Origin: Ruditapes philippinarum | Taxonomy: Eukaryota | NCBI RefSeq assembly: GCF_026571515.1 | Contig: NW_026854820.1 | Coordinates: 1 to 63,873, forward strand | DNA: 63,873 nucleotides | Direction: 5' to 3' | Shown here: in pieces, positions 1 to 12,143 of the stretch | How positions within the stretch are numbered: position 1 is the stretch's first letter | Layout of the letters: the number at the start of each line of letters is the position of its first letter | The notes under the pieces: generated by a model | What the model was told of the DNA's origin: nothing | Database searches by the model: none | What the model saw: only the letters and a program-made list of their open reading frames with translations | Translations under genes and position numbers: made by a program

Positions 1-122
1 TTATTTATGAAAAGGCCATGATTTACAAAGTTAATTAATAAAAAGTTAAATAATTTTAATTTAAGTAATTAAATAATAAGTTAAATAATTTTATATATCA
101 AAATCTTATACATTTGTTATAG

Positions 123-310
123 AGCTGCACTGAGATGGTTATGCCAATATGTGCAGATGGCAGCAAGATATGTTTGAGCCAAGTCCGTGGAACTTTACAC
201 AGTTTAGTGAGCAATGTCATAAAAGATGGAAAAACATATCCCAGAGAAAACTGGATAGTTTCTGAGTACTGGGGTAAAAGTTTAGAAACGGCCAGTAATA
301 TTATATTTAG
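123..310 (+). CDS. PRCP: PRCP (lysosomal Pro-X carboxypeptidase, S28) penultimate exon, copy 1; compensated -1/+1 frameshift
   Basis: AG acceptor at 121-122, GT donor at 311. SCTEMVMPICADG...PRENWIVSEYWGK...SNIIFS resembles PRCP ACTEVVMPFC...PRPSWITTMYGGK...TNIVFS. Relative to paralogs, one A is missing at ~171 and one extra A is present at ~231. Confidence 0.85.
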
Positions 311-640
311 GTATGTTTATTTTATTTCTTACCAAGTTTCAAATTTGAGAACATGCAACTATTACAGGTCTTGTTTGTGTTAAGAATCATTTAAAAGGCA
401 TTTCCTGTAGGTTCTTTATTTTTACAGAGGCAAAGAAGGAAATTTGAACAAGTGAACAGAATAACATAAAAAATTGCATAAAAAAGTGAATTATGATGTG
501 AACATATTTATGAAATGAAATGGGGAACACCATCCTTCTATTTAGTTATCTGCCCATGAAAATGAGTTTTCGCTTGTTTTCAAGAGCAAATCACTCAAAA
601 CCAAGCATGCTGATGTCTTATTACAAATTATTCTTTGATA

Positions 641-1695
641 TTTTTTTTTTGTTGTCGGCGTCGGTGTCGGCGTCCGTGTCGGCGTCGTTGTCGGCGTCCC
701 CTAAAGCTTGTCCGGAGCATAACTCAGTCACTTTAAGTCTGATTGTCTTCAAACTTGGTATGCAAGCTTCTTTCATTAACCCGAAGTGCAGTGCACAAGG
801 ACTGGTACTCTGCACTTCTTAATTTTTGAGTTATTGCCCTTTGTTAATTTTCATACTTAATTTTGTCCGGGCCATTTCTCTTCAACTATGAGCTATGGAC
901 TTGAAACTTTATAGGATGATAGATCTTATTAAGGAGAAGTGCAGTGCACAAGAACCGGTACTCTGCATTTCTTAGTTTCTCAGTTATTGCCCTTTGTTAA
1001 TTTTCATACTTGTTTTTTGTCCGGGCCATCTCTCCTAAAGTATAAAAGCTATGGACTTGAAACTTCATAGGATGATAGATCTCATAAAAAGAAGTGCATT
1101 GCACAAGAACTTGTACTCTGCATTTCTTATTTTTGAGTTATTGCCCTTTGTTAATTTTCATACTTTATTTTTTTCCGGGCCATTTCTCCGAAAGTATAAA
1201 AGCTATGGACTTGAAACTTCATAGGATGATAGATCTCATTAAGAAGAAGTGCAGTGCACAAGAACCAGTACTCTGCATTTCTTATTTTTTGAGTTATTGC
1301 CCTTTGTTTATTTTCATATTTTGTCCTGGTCATTTCTCCTCAAGTATGAAAGCTATGGACATGAAACTTCATAGGATGATAGATCTCATTAAGAAAAAGT
1401 GCAGTGTACAAGAACCGGTACTCTGCACTTCTTATTTGTGAGTTTTTACCCTTTATCAATTTTCATACTTTATTTTTGTCCAGGCTATTTCTCATAACTT
1501 ATAAAAGATATGGACTTGAAACTTCATAGAATGGTAGATCTTATTGATAAGATAAGAAGTGCAGTACATAGAAACTGTTGCTCTGCACTTTTTTATATTT
1601 TGAGTTATTGACCTTTGTTAGTTTTCATATTTCATTTTTTTCCTGGCCATTTCTCCTAAACTATATTGTTCACAAGGCGACACATCTAGTTCTAG
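641..1695 (+). mobile_element. HINE/Helentron-like non-autonomous element with (GTCGGC)n microsatellite and ~6 internal ~154-bp tandem repeats
   Basis: gagttattgccc recurs at ~828, 981, 1136, 1291, 1440, 1602; ends ...ggcgacacatctagttctagtt; absent from the paralogous intron (18181-18230). Confidence 0.75.
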
Positions 1696-2819
1696 TTTTC
1701 TGTAGAGGTTGCTCTAACTTGTTATCAAAGAAAATATAATTATTTTGAACTTGATAGATAATGTCATAACGTCAAATGTTAATGCTGTGGATCATTTTAA
1801 TTTATTTACTGATGTAACAAATGTTATTTCATAAAGCATAAAAATCATGGATCTTATCTTTCATTTTATTATTAAAATATTTTGAGTTTAAACTGACCAT
1901 GGTCACATTTGACTCTCAGGCAGTGTAAAGAGACATGTAACTCATTAGCTCTTTCAAGTATGTTTTAGCTATTAACCTGCATTAACAGAAAGTGATTAGC
2001 CGTTGCCACCAGTACAGAGCTAGACCAGCCTGCACATATGTGCAGTGTGATCAGGCTCTATACCGTTGGCAGCACTATTTTTGCATTTTACAATAACCCA
2101 TTACAATAATAGGCTCTATACAGTTTGTAGTTAAATTAAAATCCATCCCAAAATCATTAAATGAGCAGTTCCAAATTCAAAACAGGATAAGTCTATTACT
2201 TAAATTCAGCAGAAGAAACGGTAAGGCAGGTAAAATATTAGGAAAAATGTCATACAAATTAATATAAAACATATATAATGTAATCAGCTGTGTAATATCA
2301 AAAGAGGCAGCTGTAGTTAAGTTTAAACATATTTTATTTCAAACATTTTCACACAAACAAATTATTACATACAATCATTAGTTACATAATAAACAATGCT
2401 GAAAAAGGATTAGATCCGAAAGCATACAATGCTTATAGAGGTCTTTTCCTAACATATAATTCATTACTGTAAATTCGGCGGTAAATTACATGTTCGAAAT
2501 AGTATATCATGAAACATTTTATTGATGATGAATGAAGAAAGACGAGGACGGCAAAAGTGTCTATTCAGAGCTAAAAGTAAAAAAAATAAATAGTTGAAAT
2601 AAGTTAGATAGGAAATCATGCTATAATATGTTTTAAAATCAACATGAAATGCTAATACTGTGACCTAGTGGAATGACGCACAAAAACATATTGAGATTGA
2701 TGGTCAGAAAAAGATGAGATTGATTCAGTAAAAATGGTGCAAATACATTATGTTAAGGAAAAGATATTATTATAGAATCTATTCGGTATGTCAACGGAGT
2801 GAGCAGAGTTTGCAAAGGA

Positions 2820-3541
2820 CTATGGAAAACGTTTGCTATCTCGGATATATATTTGAACTGCCTGGAATATACTGGTGTTTATGACGTCACTTAAGTTGTT
2901 ATCACCTCTCAGTAATATGGGGAGAGTAACATAACAATAAGCCGATAAAGTGTGAAAGAGGATATTTCGGATATTATTGTAATTGTTGACATTCAAAGAA
3001 AAAGTGGTGATTTGTTTCTAGAAGACCACATTGACACAGTGGTTAATTTGTTATATTTTTCTGAATAAGTGATAGTTGAGAGGACTACACTCAGTTCGTA
3101 GGCGTGCATGGTATATTTGCCATTTTCTGATACCTGTATAAAAATATTTTGGACATTTTGATAGGTCACTATTCAGAAGACTCTTAAAGGATGATAGTGA
3201 AGGTGCATTTTGTAATTCAGCAGGGAGGTCGTTCCAGTCTCTTAGAGCAGAAGGAAGAAAAGCATTATAATACAGAGAAGTTCTTGTTCGTATACCGTTA
3301 AAATCGTTTGAGTTGCGAAGATTGTATCTTGATGTCTCACCTACTGAAGGGGGAACAAGAGATGAAAGGTAGTTTGGGGAAAGTCCATTTTTCATTTTGT
3401 AAAGAAGTATGAGTTTGTGTTTCCTTCGTCTAGACTCTAAAGATTCCCAAGGAACTTCTCGTTTGAGCTCATGCAAAGAAACAAGTTTACTGGCACCAGA
3501 GACAATTCGAGAAGCTTCGTATTGGATTTTATCAAGTTCTT
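2820..3541 (-). pseudogene. LINE ORF2 C-terminal remnant (post-RT region and CCHC-like CxCG..ET..HFFFEC motif), frameshifted
   Basis: LDKIQYEASRIVSG...WESLESRRRKHKL...YHARLRTECSPLN; continues after a frameshift to DSKRFP*; no endonuclease or RT core present. Confidence 0.85.
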
Positions 3542-4129
3542 ATATGTAAGGAAAATGAGTATGTTTGAAACATGTTAGATGCAATGTATAGGAGAGATAG
3601 CATGTTTAATAAAAGTGTGAATTTCCATGGACATGTGTAGGAGATCATGATAGTAGTACATGATAACTTGTTCATTATGTGATTGATGCTATGAGCAACA
3701 AGAAGCTAACTATCACAATCACACCTACACAAGTCGTGTCTTTTATCGGCCAATGCGTTCCGTTGAACATAATCCGAATAGATGTTAATATAGAGTAAGA
3801 ATGAACATAAGAAGAAAAGGTGTATATGTAAAAGACAAATAGATGAAAAAACATTGTGTTAGAAATAAGATTTAAATAGAAGCTAAATGTGATTTGAATT
3901 TAATGCTGCCAATAATTAGACAATGATGAATACACTTATCTAGAAAATGAATATTGTGAAGAATAGTCGTTTATGTTAAAACTTTCTTGAGTTAAAATAT
4001 TTCAGATGTTAATGCTCAGGCCGTGTGTGTATAATGATCACAATATGATTACATAATTTTCACATAAAGATGATACAGTGGTGAACAAAGTCGTACTGAT
4101 TTTAGACAAATACAAAGAAAATAAGATAA

Positions 4130-4297
4130 ACTTACTATTATATACCTATTAACTTACAGTAACTGTTATCGCATCAATAAACAAAATATATATATTTCAA
4201 TGTCTCCCGGAATATATACATAAATATATACATCTATTGAGTACAATACTTACTGTTATATACCTATTAACTTACTGTTATCGCATCAATAAACAAA

Positions 4298-4331
<34 letters not shown>

Positions 4332-4675
4332 TGTCTCCCAGAATATATACATAAATATATACATCCATTGAGTACAATACTTACTAATATACCTATTAAC
4401 TTACTGTTAACGCATCAATAAACAAAAATTTATATATTATGATGTCTCCCAGAATATATACATAAATATATTTATCGCATCAATAAACAAAAACATATAT
4501 ATATATATATTAGTGTCTCCCAGAATATATACATAAATATATACATCCATTGAGTACAATACTTACTAATATACCTATTAACTTACTGTTAACGCATCAA
4601 TAAACAAAAATTTATATATTATGATGTCTCCCAGAATATATACATAAATATATACACCTATTGAGAACAATACTT
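4130..4675. repeat. ~120-bp minisatellite (4-5 copies) with (TA)n inside the LINE spacer
   Basis: Repeated tacctattaacttactgttatcgcatcaataaacaaaa...gtctcccagaatatatacataaat. Confidence 0.85.
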
Positions 4676-5721
4676 GTCATATTGACCCTTAACAGGCATA
4701 CAGTATTAACAGTGTTAGCTATTGCAAGCATTTATAACACCAGTCACTAGGTCCAGGCACTATACAATAAACAAATTCTCTGCTACAAAAATAATGATAG
4801 TGCAAGTGCTTTGACGTTATAAAATAAGCAAATGACGTCTATACAGATTGTATAGAATAAATAAACCGCACAATTATATATTAAAAGAAATTCAAACTAA
4901 CAAACACGCAGCAAAACCAATATTTTATAAGTTAATATGAAAATTATTCATAAAACTATTCGATTTATTTGGACAGTAGCGCTGTAATGTATGGGACCAG
5001 GTCAAGGGTATTTTTATCTATACTAACTGATATTGAATTGTTATTTCAAAATATTATCAAGAACTAGTGATCATTAGGACACTTATTATGCATTAATTTT
5101 ATAGTTACTTTCTTTTAAAATGAATTTGAGGACCACATTCAATTTATTTACATGGTAATTATGGTCCCAAATTAATGTAGAATAGATCTTATATTTGATC
5201 AGAAAAAAACATATTTTATACACAGACAAAAAAGTTACAACTTCAGGGGCAAGACAAAATAAGTTACTTGTTTACAGTCTAAATACTCATAAGTTGTTCA
5301 TAAAATTAGACCAAGAGGCTCCTTAGTTAATGTGCAAATGAAAATAATGACAGACTATTTCAAGTGAACATTTCATCAAATCCAGCATAATTTTGATATA
5401 CATTTGTCAAAGTAAAAAATTAATAATAATAATAATAATAAAATAATGGTCAATATGTATTTTTTGTTTGAACACTTTTTCATAGGGAACACTTTTTCAT
5501 AGGCTGTCAAACGAGCACTATTTCATAAACTAGACCAAACTTAACAGTTCACTTGTACTCAAAACACATCAACTATTCGTCATGTCTAGACTGTTAATAC
5601 ATGTATATATAACCTGTGAGATAACGTGGACATCCATGTCACGTGATCATTATTTGTAGCGTGTGTAAATAGTATACTTCACACCGAAAGTTTTGCATAC
5701 CCAGAGTAATGGCGCGGAAAA

Positions 5722-6360
5722 TTACTTGTGTTTAGGTTTATCGTTATCGGCAGGAATGGGATTATCAGATTTTACAGACATTAAGTCATGTACATTGTTT
5801 ATTCGATGTATCTTACGATTGGCATCCTTGACGATCACTGCCCCGTCGAATGTCCAGGCACTTAGTATGAAGTTATTCTTGACCAATTGTCTTGCCTGAT
5901 AAAATAGCTTGGAACGTGTCCTAGTCAGGTCTTCATTGACAAAGATTCCGGAAAATCCATGTGATTTAAGACCGATTTTCGACCTGTAGAATAAGTTCCT
6001 TGCCCGATAAGATGTGAATTTAACGATTATATCCCTGGGTTTGTCAGAGTTTTTCATACCAATTCGATGAGACCGGTCAATATCTGTCAAAGATATGTTA
6101 ATGCCAAGCGAAGTTGCAAGGTCAATAATTTTGGAATCCGTACTGTCTGTACTTGCCATGGGAGATACTGAAACATTTTCTCCAGAGTCATATGACTCAT
6201 CTTCGGTACAGGAAGTGCTTTTGTGTTTAGCTTCATCGGACACGTGCATACCATCAGGAAACGCATGCCAGCCTTCTTCAGGCACTCCACTGACGCGGAG
6301 GCTGATGCGCCGACTGTATTGTTGCCCATTTTCAGCTTCACTTTCCAAGTGTGAAATTCA
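5722..6360 (-). pseudogene. LINE ORF1 (Transposase_22/L1-ORF1-like RRM-CTD), 5'-truncated
   Basis: QQYSRRISLRVSGVPE, IDRSHRIG, PRDIIVKF, IFVNEDLT and AWTFDGAVIVK motifs typical of CR1/L2 ORF1. Confidence 0.85.
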
Positions 6361-6437
6361 AGTGTGTAGATACAATGATATTACAGATTAGAATTGTCAC
6401 AGTATACAAACTATTACATGATATTATGTCATTTCAG

Positions 6438-6699
6438 TAACGGAGCTCTTGACCCCTGGTCATCTGGTGGCGTAACCACAAGTCCATCTTCTTCCATCGT
6501 GCCATTGTTGAAAGAGTCTGGTGCGCACCATCTAGATTTACGAGCAGCCAATCCTCTTGACCCACCCTCTGTTTTAGATGCCCGACAGTCGGAAAAAAAT
6601 CTGCTAAAGATGTGGTTAGGTCAAGTGCAAGATGATAAGTCTCGACAAGGGGGTGGTGTACATAATGTATTTGCTTCTGAGAAATACACGATTCCATAA
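6438..6699 (+). CDS. PRCP: PRCP last exon, copy 1 (catalytic Asp and His)
   Basis: tttcag acceptor; (S)NGALDPWSSGG...SGAHHLDLR matches PRCP SNGELDPWSGGG...GAHHLDLR; phase compatible with the exon ending at 310; intact to TAA. Confidence 0.92.
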
Positions 6700-8184
6700 A
6701 CAGTTTCTACTATAGTATCTCCACAAAACATCACTATAGGTGTTCTACTCGTAGTTATATGTTTCTGTTCTTATTATCGTTTATTACTTCATATAATGCT
6801 GTTATTCTACCTGAAATGCATTGAATAATTAACTTTATTTCCAACTTCATATGTAATTAATAATTAGTTAGGTATTTTCTATATTTTGAAAATTAAGAGC
6901 TGGAGGTAAAATATAAGAATTTATATTCTCTAATAATTGCCCCTAACCCCTACCCTTTAAGAGATAGGAAAAGAAAACCGTTCAATAGCAGTATATTAAA
7001 AAGATCAAGGAAATCAACATCATACGAGCACTGTATATAACCCAGTGGTAAACAACACAAAAACAACAGATTCTTTTAATTTTGACCCTTTTTGTACTTT
7101 AATTATAGCCCAATTTTTGGAAAATGTAATACCCCTGAGGGTATTTATTAGAGTATACATGTATAGTAAGACAACAATTTATAAGACCGGTGATGTTTAG
7201 TAAGAAAAATCAGTACATATACATAACATGTATTTATTTGGCATTATTTAATTGATTTTACTTTATTTACAATGTTTTACCTTCTGGTGTCAAATTATAT
7301 GATTTGGATTGATGTTACTTTTATTAGAAAAAATTCAACATTGTCAAATTTTGTTGTTGCATATTCCACCCAGCAGTGCTTAACGTTTAACAGGATTTTT
7401 TTTTATTATAATATAAATACTATAAATTATATCTTTTCCATTTTAAGCAGATATCACTACAGATTTGTTTTTCTCTTTCTTATTATGAAGAAATGTGTAA
7501 ATAAAATATTATATTCTTTTATAGTATTTGTAAATGAGATGCAATATGCAATTTTATATAAGTTTCTTTTTATTTCAACTTAAGGTATATACTTCATTAT
7601 ATATTCCAGGTGCTAATTTACTAAATCTAGTTCCTCTAAATAAGGTATTGTTATATTGTTTTTGTAAAGGCGTCTTGAATTTGAATGCCAGCAAAACAGA
7701 TGTTGCAGTTCTCATTATGCCCCATGAACAGACTCCCTCCTATGAATAGACTCAACACAAAAACCGAGTCTGAGATTTTCTACTACATTTGTATTATTTT
7801 TTTGTTTTGATTGTTCTTTATCGAAGGGTCACCTGTTTTCAAAATTATGATATCAATATTTATGTCCTGACCTCTGTTAAGATTTATATGTTTTAAATGG
7901 TATTTTATAAGGTTAACAGTTATTTGATAAAAATCAAAGGGAAGTAAGCAAGCTTAGAGCAGTATTTTTTATGATTATTCCCCCTGGTGTATTTTGATAA
8001 AATGTGCTGCAAATGAAGAGCAAAAGTTTTTTTTTTCTTTTATCAAGGGTATTTGGCTATTGATTTACCCAGTATACCGTAGTTACCCTTTGATCATTAA
8101 ATACGCGATACATGTTAAATAATAAGCCACTTTATTCGTCAGTACATTTGTAATTATGCCTGATATATTGTGTATAGTACTGGG

Positions 8185-9485
8185 TTTAAAACCCCGCACA
8201 ACGAAGTTGTAAGGGGGGGGTATACTGGAATAAGCTTGTCCGTCCGGACGTCCGTCTGTCCGGCCGTCCGGACATCTGGCCGTTCGTCGGTTATTCCTTG
8301 TCCGCCCAATAACTTAAGATTCCTTTGACCCACAGTCTTCATATTTGGCATGGTGGTTAGTCATGACTAGTAGATGACCCCTATTGAACTTTTTAGGTCA
8401 CTGGGTCAAAGGTCAAGGTCACAGGGGCCTTGACTAAAAAAGCTTGTCCGCCCAATAACTTAAGAAAACTTTGACCCACAGTCTTTATATTTAGCCTGAA
8501 GGTTAGTCATGATTAGTAGATGACTCCTTTTGATTTTGAGATCACTGGGTCAAAGGTCAAGGTCACAGGGGCATTGATTATAAAAAGCTTGTCTTCCCAA
8601 TAACTTAAGATTCCTTTGACTCACAGTCTTCATATTTGGCATGAAGGTTAGTCATATTTAGTAGGTGACCCCTTTTGATTTTGAAGTCACTGGGTCAAAG
8701 GTCAAGGTCACAGGGATTTTGACTTCAAAAAGTTTGTCCGCCCAATAACTGACTTTTGACCCACAGTCTTCATATTTTGGATGGAGGTTGATCTTAACCA
8801 TTAGGTGACCCCTATTGATTTTGAGGTCACTGGGTCAAAGGTCAAGATCATAGGGGCCTTGACTAAAAAAGAGATATTCCGCCCAATAACTTAGACTTAG
8901 ACCCTAAGTCTTCATATTTGGCATGGAGGTTAGTCATAATTAGTAGATTACCCCTTTTGATTTCGTGGTCACTGGGTCAAAGGTCAAGGTCACAGGGACT
9001 TTGACTTCAAAAAGTTTGCCCACCCAATAACTTGAGAAACCTTTGATCTACAGTATTCATATTTGGCATGGAGATTGATCATGACCATTAGGTGACCCCT
9101 ATTGATTTTGAGGTCATTGGTCAAAGGTCAAGGTCACAGGGACCTTTACTAGAAAAAGCTTTTCGTCTCAATTGCTAAAGAATGCTTTATATTTGTATCA
9201 ACAGTCTTCATATTTGGTATTGAGGTTGTTTATGACTAGTGACAAGGTCACAGGGATTTTACTATAATGAGTTTGTCTGCTCAAATGCTTAAGAATGCCC
9301 GTCCGCAGTTTATTGATATTGACATTTTCACGTTTGAAGCATGTAGAATACATAACTTAGCAATGCACTGGCTTAGTAACCTCAGATTTGGCAGGGAGGT
9401 TGTTTTTGAGCTCTAAATGCCCACTGTTGTTTCTGACTAAGTGGTATGCGAGGGTATCCACGCCATGACAGTGGCAGTTCTAGTT
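8185..9485 (+). mobile_element. HINE/DINE-1-like element with subTIRs, GTCC microsatellite, ~6 x 145-bp repeats and a 3' hairpin
   Basis: accccgca...tgcgagggtat subterminal IR; gccatgacagtggc hairpin then ctagtt end; cccaataact at ~8305, 8451, 8596, 8740, 8882, 9023; empty sites in paralogs (~20345, ~42027). Confidence 0.85.
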
Positions 9486-12143
9486 ATATTTATATGTATA
9501 CGAGTTAAAAACTGCTAATTATGTATTTCAGCCGACTCAGGGATGATTTCTTCATGAATAATTGAAATTTTAGGAATTGTTTACTTTTGCTTTGAAAATA
9601 AATATATATATTTAAAACAATGAATTTTAGATGCACGTTTTATTATTTACTTTAATTTATGGGAAAAAACAATTTATGGAATTACATACGGGTTAATCTT
9701 AAAACATGGATGAAATAAACTATTAACTGATTTTATTTGTTTTTGTTTTTTATTTTATTTTCTCAGGAACATTTATGAGAACATTTTTCAAAAAAGATGA
9801 ATATTTTGTTTTGTAAGAAATTGGAAAGTTTTGTTTGGGGTACGTTGGTTTTGATACAAATAAAATTTAAGATATACTTCATATTAAACAGGTAGAAAAG
9901 CCCAGTGTCCCGGTGTCCTGGTATTCTTGTTATTTCAGACTTGAATGATTACACATCTTTTAGTATATTTTTCAACAATAAGGCATTTCCGTAGTAGTTG
10001 CAGATTGTTTATCCATCTTTCTATTAAAAATTAGTTTCTATATCCATGTAATACCGATATGTGAGGGTTTAAGTAATTATTTCCATTTAACAAGTATATA
10101 GTTCATATTAATCACGGCATATATCCATAATGCATGCATGTGAGAATAACGCAGAAATTTGTGCAAAAAGAAACACAGAATTGTGCACTTCGGTGTTGCG
10201 AAATGAGAAACACTACTTTCATTCTATTATTATTATTTCATTAATCATTATGAACGGAAATGATTTAATATATAGGGCTGCTAAGATATTGAATTGTAAC
10301 TCCTTTACAATTATTTCCCTCTCAACAACATTCGTGAGCCAGCGTATTGAAAGCAATTTTATATACACTGTACTCGTACTCCCTAGTAACTGATTAGTAA
10401 CTGGGAAAAATAACGCATACAATTTATATTCTGATAAAACTGAAATAAAGTAGATTACACATATAACTGAGGTACTTTTTATGCGGTAATGTCGATTTCT
10501 GATGAATATCGAGTTAACGCCATTTACCTGACGTCATTCTCGTGGTCTTTTAATTGAAAATCGGCGCAGGGAATTCTTGGAGTTTAGTTAAATATATGCA
10601 CCATGTTCGCCTTATGATAACTGGAGAAACTGAACGAACATTTCTCTTATATTGATTCATTATTTTTTTCCTTATTTTAGAAAACTTTATGTCAATTTTT
10701 CCGCGTTTTAAAATTCCCCAGAATGCGTCTGTTCATGTTTCATTTTTCAATTTTCCAAAAAAGATGTCTCCTGACTCCAACTGGCGTCACCCTCCCACAC
10801 TTTCATCAGTACGCAAGCACAGACACTTTGTGTGTGGTTCACAAAATGCAGTTCAAATCCAAATAAAATGTATATTTGTCAATACCAGCATATGTGCTTA
10901 TCATATATATCTTTAAAACATAAGTTGTTTTGAAAAAAAACATTTACACCATGTACAAAAAATCCCGCACACCTACCCTCAAATCACCTCGTATTTTATT
11001 CCATATCCAATATTTTCACATAATCTTTTCTTCCATCGACACAGTAGATATTATTATCCACGGTGATGGTCAATTTTAAACTTCTACATCAATATTAACA
11101 ACGCAACAGGTGAAAAACATGAAAATTATCGCCGTTTTACTCTATTTACAAAACCTTTCGACATATTCAAATTGGCCCCCAACTTTGCCGTATTTAAATG
11201 CGCCGCGCTTTGAATAATAGAACCAACATATTACCGAAGGGCTCCGACTATAGCCAGACTGGTTCTCGCGCAGCGCATTTGAATACATTTCAAAAGCCTG
11301 GTACATTGATTTAGTCATTCTTGCTATTTTGACGCAAAAACAAAACCGTGATCGCTTATCGGCCCTTCAAACTTCAGATAAGGACACCCTTTTTTGCATT
11401 GTGTACACCGGTCTTACTGACGATATTTGAGAGACCGGTGTGTATACAATGACCTTTTTTTGCTCTTTCCGTCAGTCTTTCGGATGATTATGAATAATCG
11501 TCTAGGTATTTAAAGTCTTTATACTTGAGGACCGAAAGGTTACATGAGTCACGAATACAATATTTCTTCCTGTTTTTTGAAACGATTTTATATCTTGTTT
11601 TTCAAAGTTCGCAAAATTTTACTGACATCTGAATAGATTGTAAGTTTAAATTCAATGGAATGTGCATGTAACCATACGTTACGATACTCTCCCATAAATT
11701 ATGGCATTATACTGTAGGAAAGGATGACTTATGAAATATATTATCTATATGCAAAATAATCAAACATGAAATCAAGGTATAAACATGACATCAGGTTTCT
11801 TTCGTGTGACAAGAAAGTATATTTTCCATTGTATGTACATGTATATTTCACAATAAATCAGAGTTAATTTTAGATTATTTCCATTCCAGGTCTAGTTTGA
11901 TTCAATAATTATGATAAGTTCAGAATAAATGTGCATGCTTTATGTCATTTTGAAAGTAAATATTTTAATCTCACTTTTATTCATTTATTAATGCTTCATT
12001 GTATTATAATTTTTTATTATGTCTATTTTGAATTTTTTTATCAAAAACCAATAAAAGCAGTAGTTATATACATGTATTTATAACAAAAAGTCTTGTAATG
12101 TTAATCTATATCTATGTCTTATTGATATTAATCATAAGTTTTA

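Larger units (their letters stand above)
2317..6364 (-). mobile_element. CR1/L2-type LINE, 5'-truncated and internally deleted (ORF1 + spacer + ORF2 C-terminus + 3'UTR)
   Basis: TSD tgtag at 2312-2316 and 6365-6369; empty site in paralog (gaggcagctgtagatacaatg, ~18827); 3' end aaataaaatatgtttaaac on the minus strand. Confidence 0.85.

Noticed and set aside
520-1441. ORFs of 60-115 aa on both strands (ADTDADTD; MDLKLHRMIDLIKKKC repeats)
   Set aside because: Translations of the microsatellite and 154-bp repeats of a HINE element
820-1660. Regularly spaced repeats resembling a CRISPR array (also 8300-9200 and 40850-41450)
   Set aside because: Whole monomers repeat with no unique spacers, there are no cas genes, and the context is eukaryotic
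6434-6697. 87-aa antisense ORF conserved at 39970-40233
   Set aside because: Shadow of the duplicated PRCP exon, with no independent evidence
10130-10916. Short ORFs recurring in several units (10130, 10689, 21541, 42608, 43150)
   Set aside because: Recurrence follows from recent duplication; frames break between copies; no recognisable motifs or splice structure
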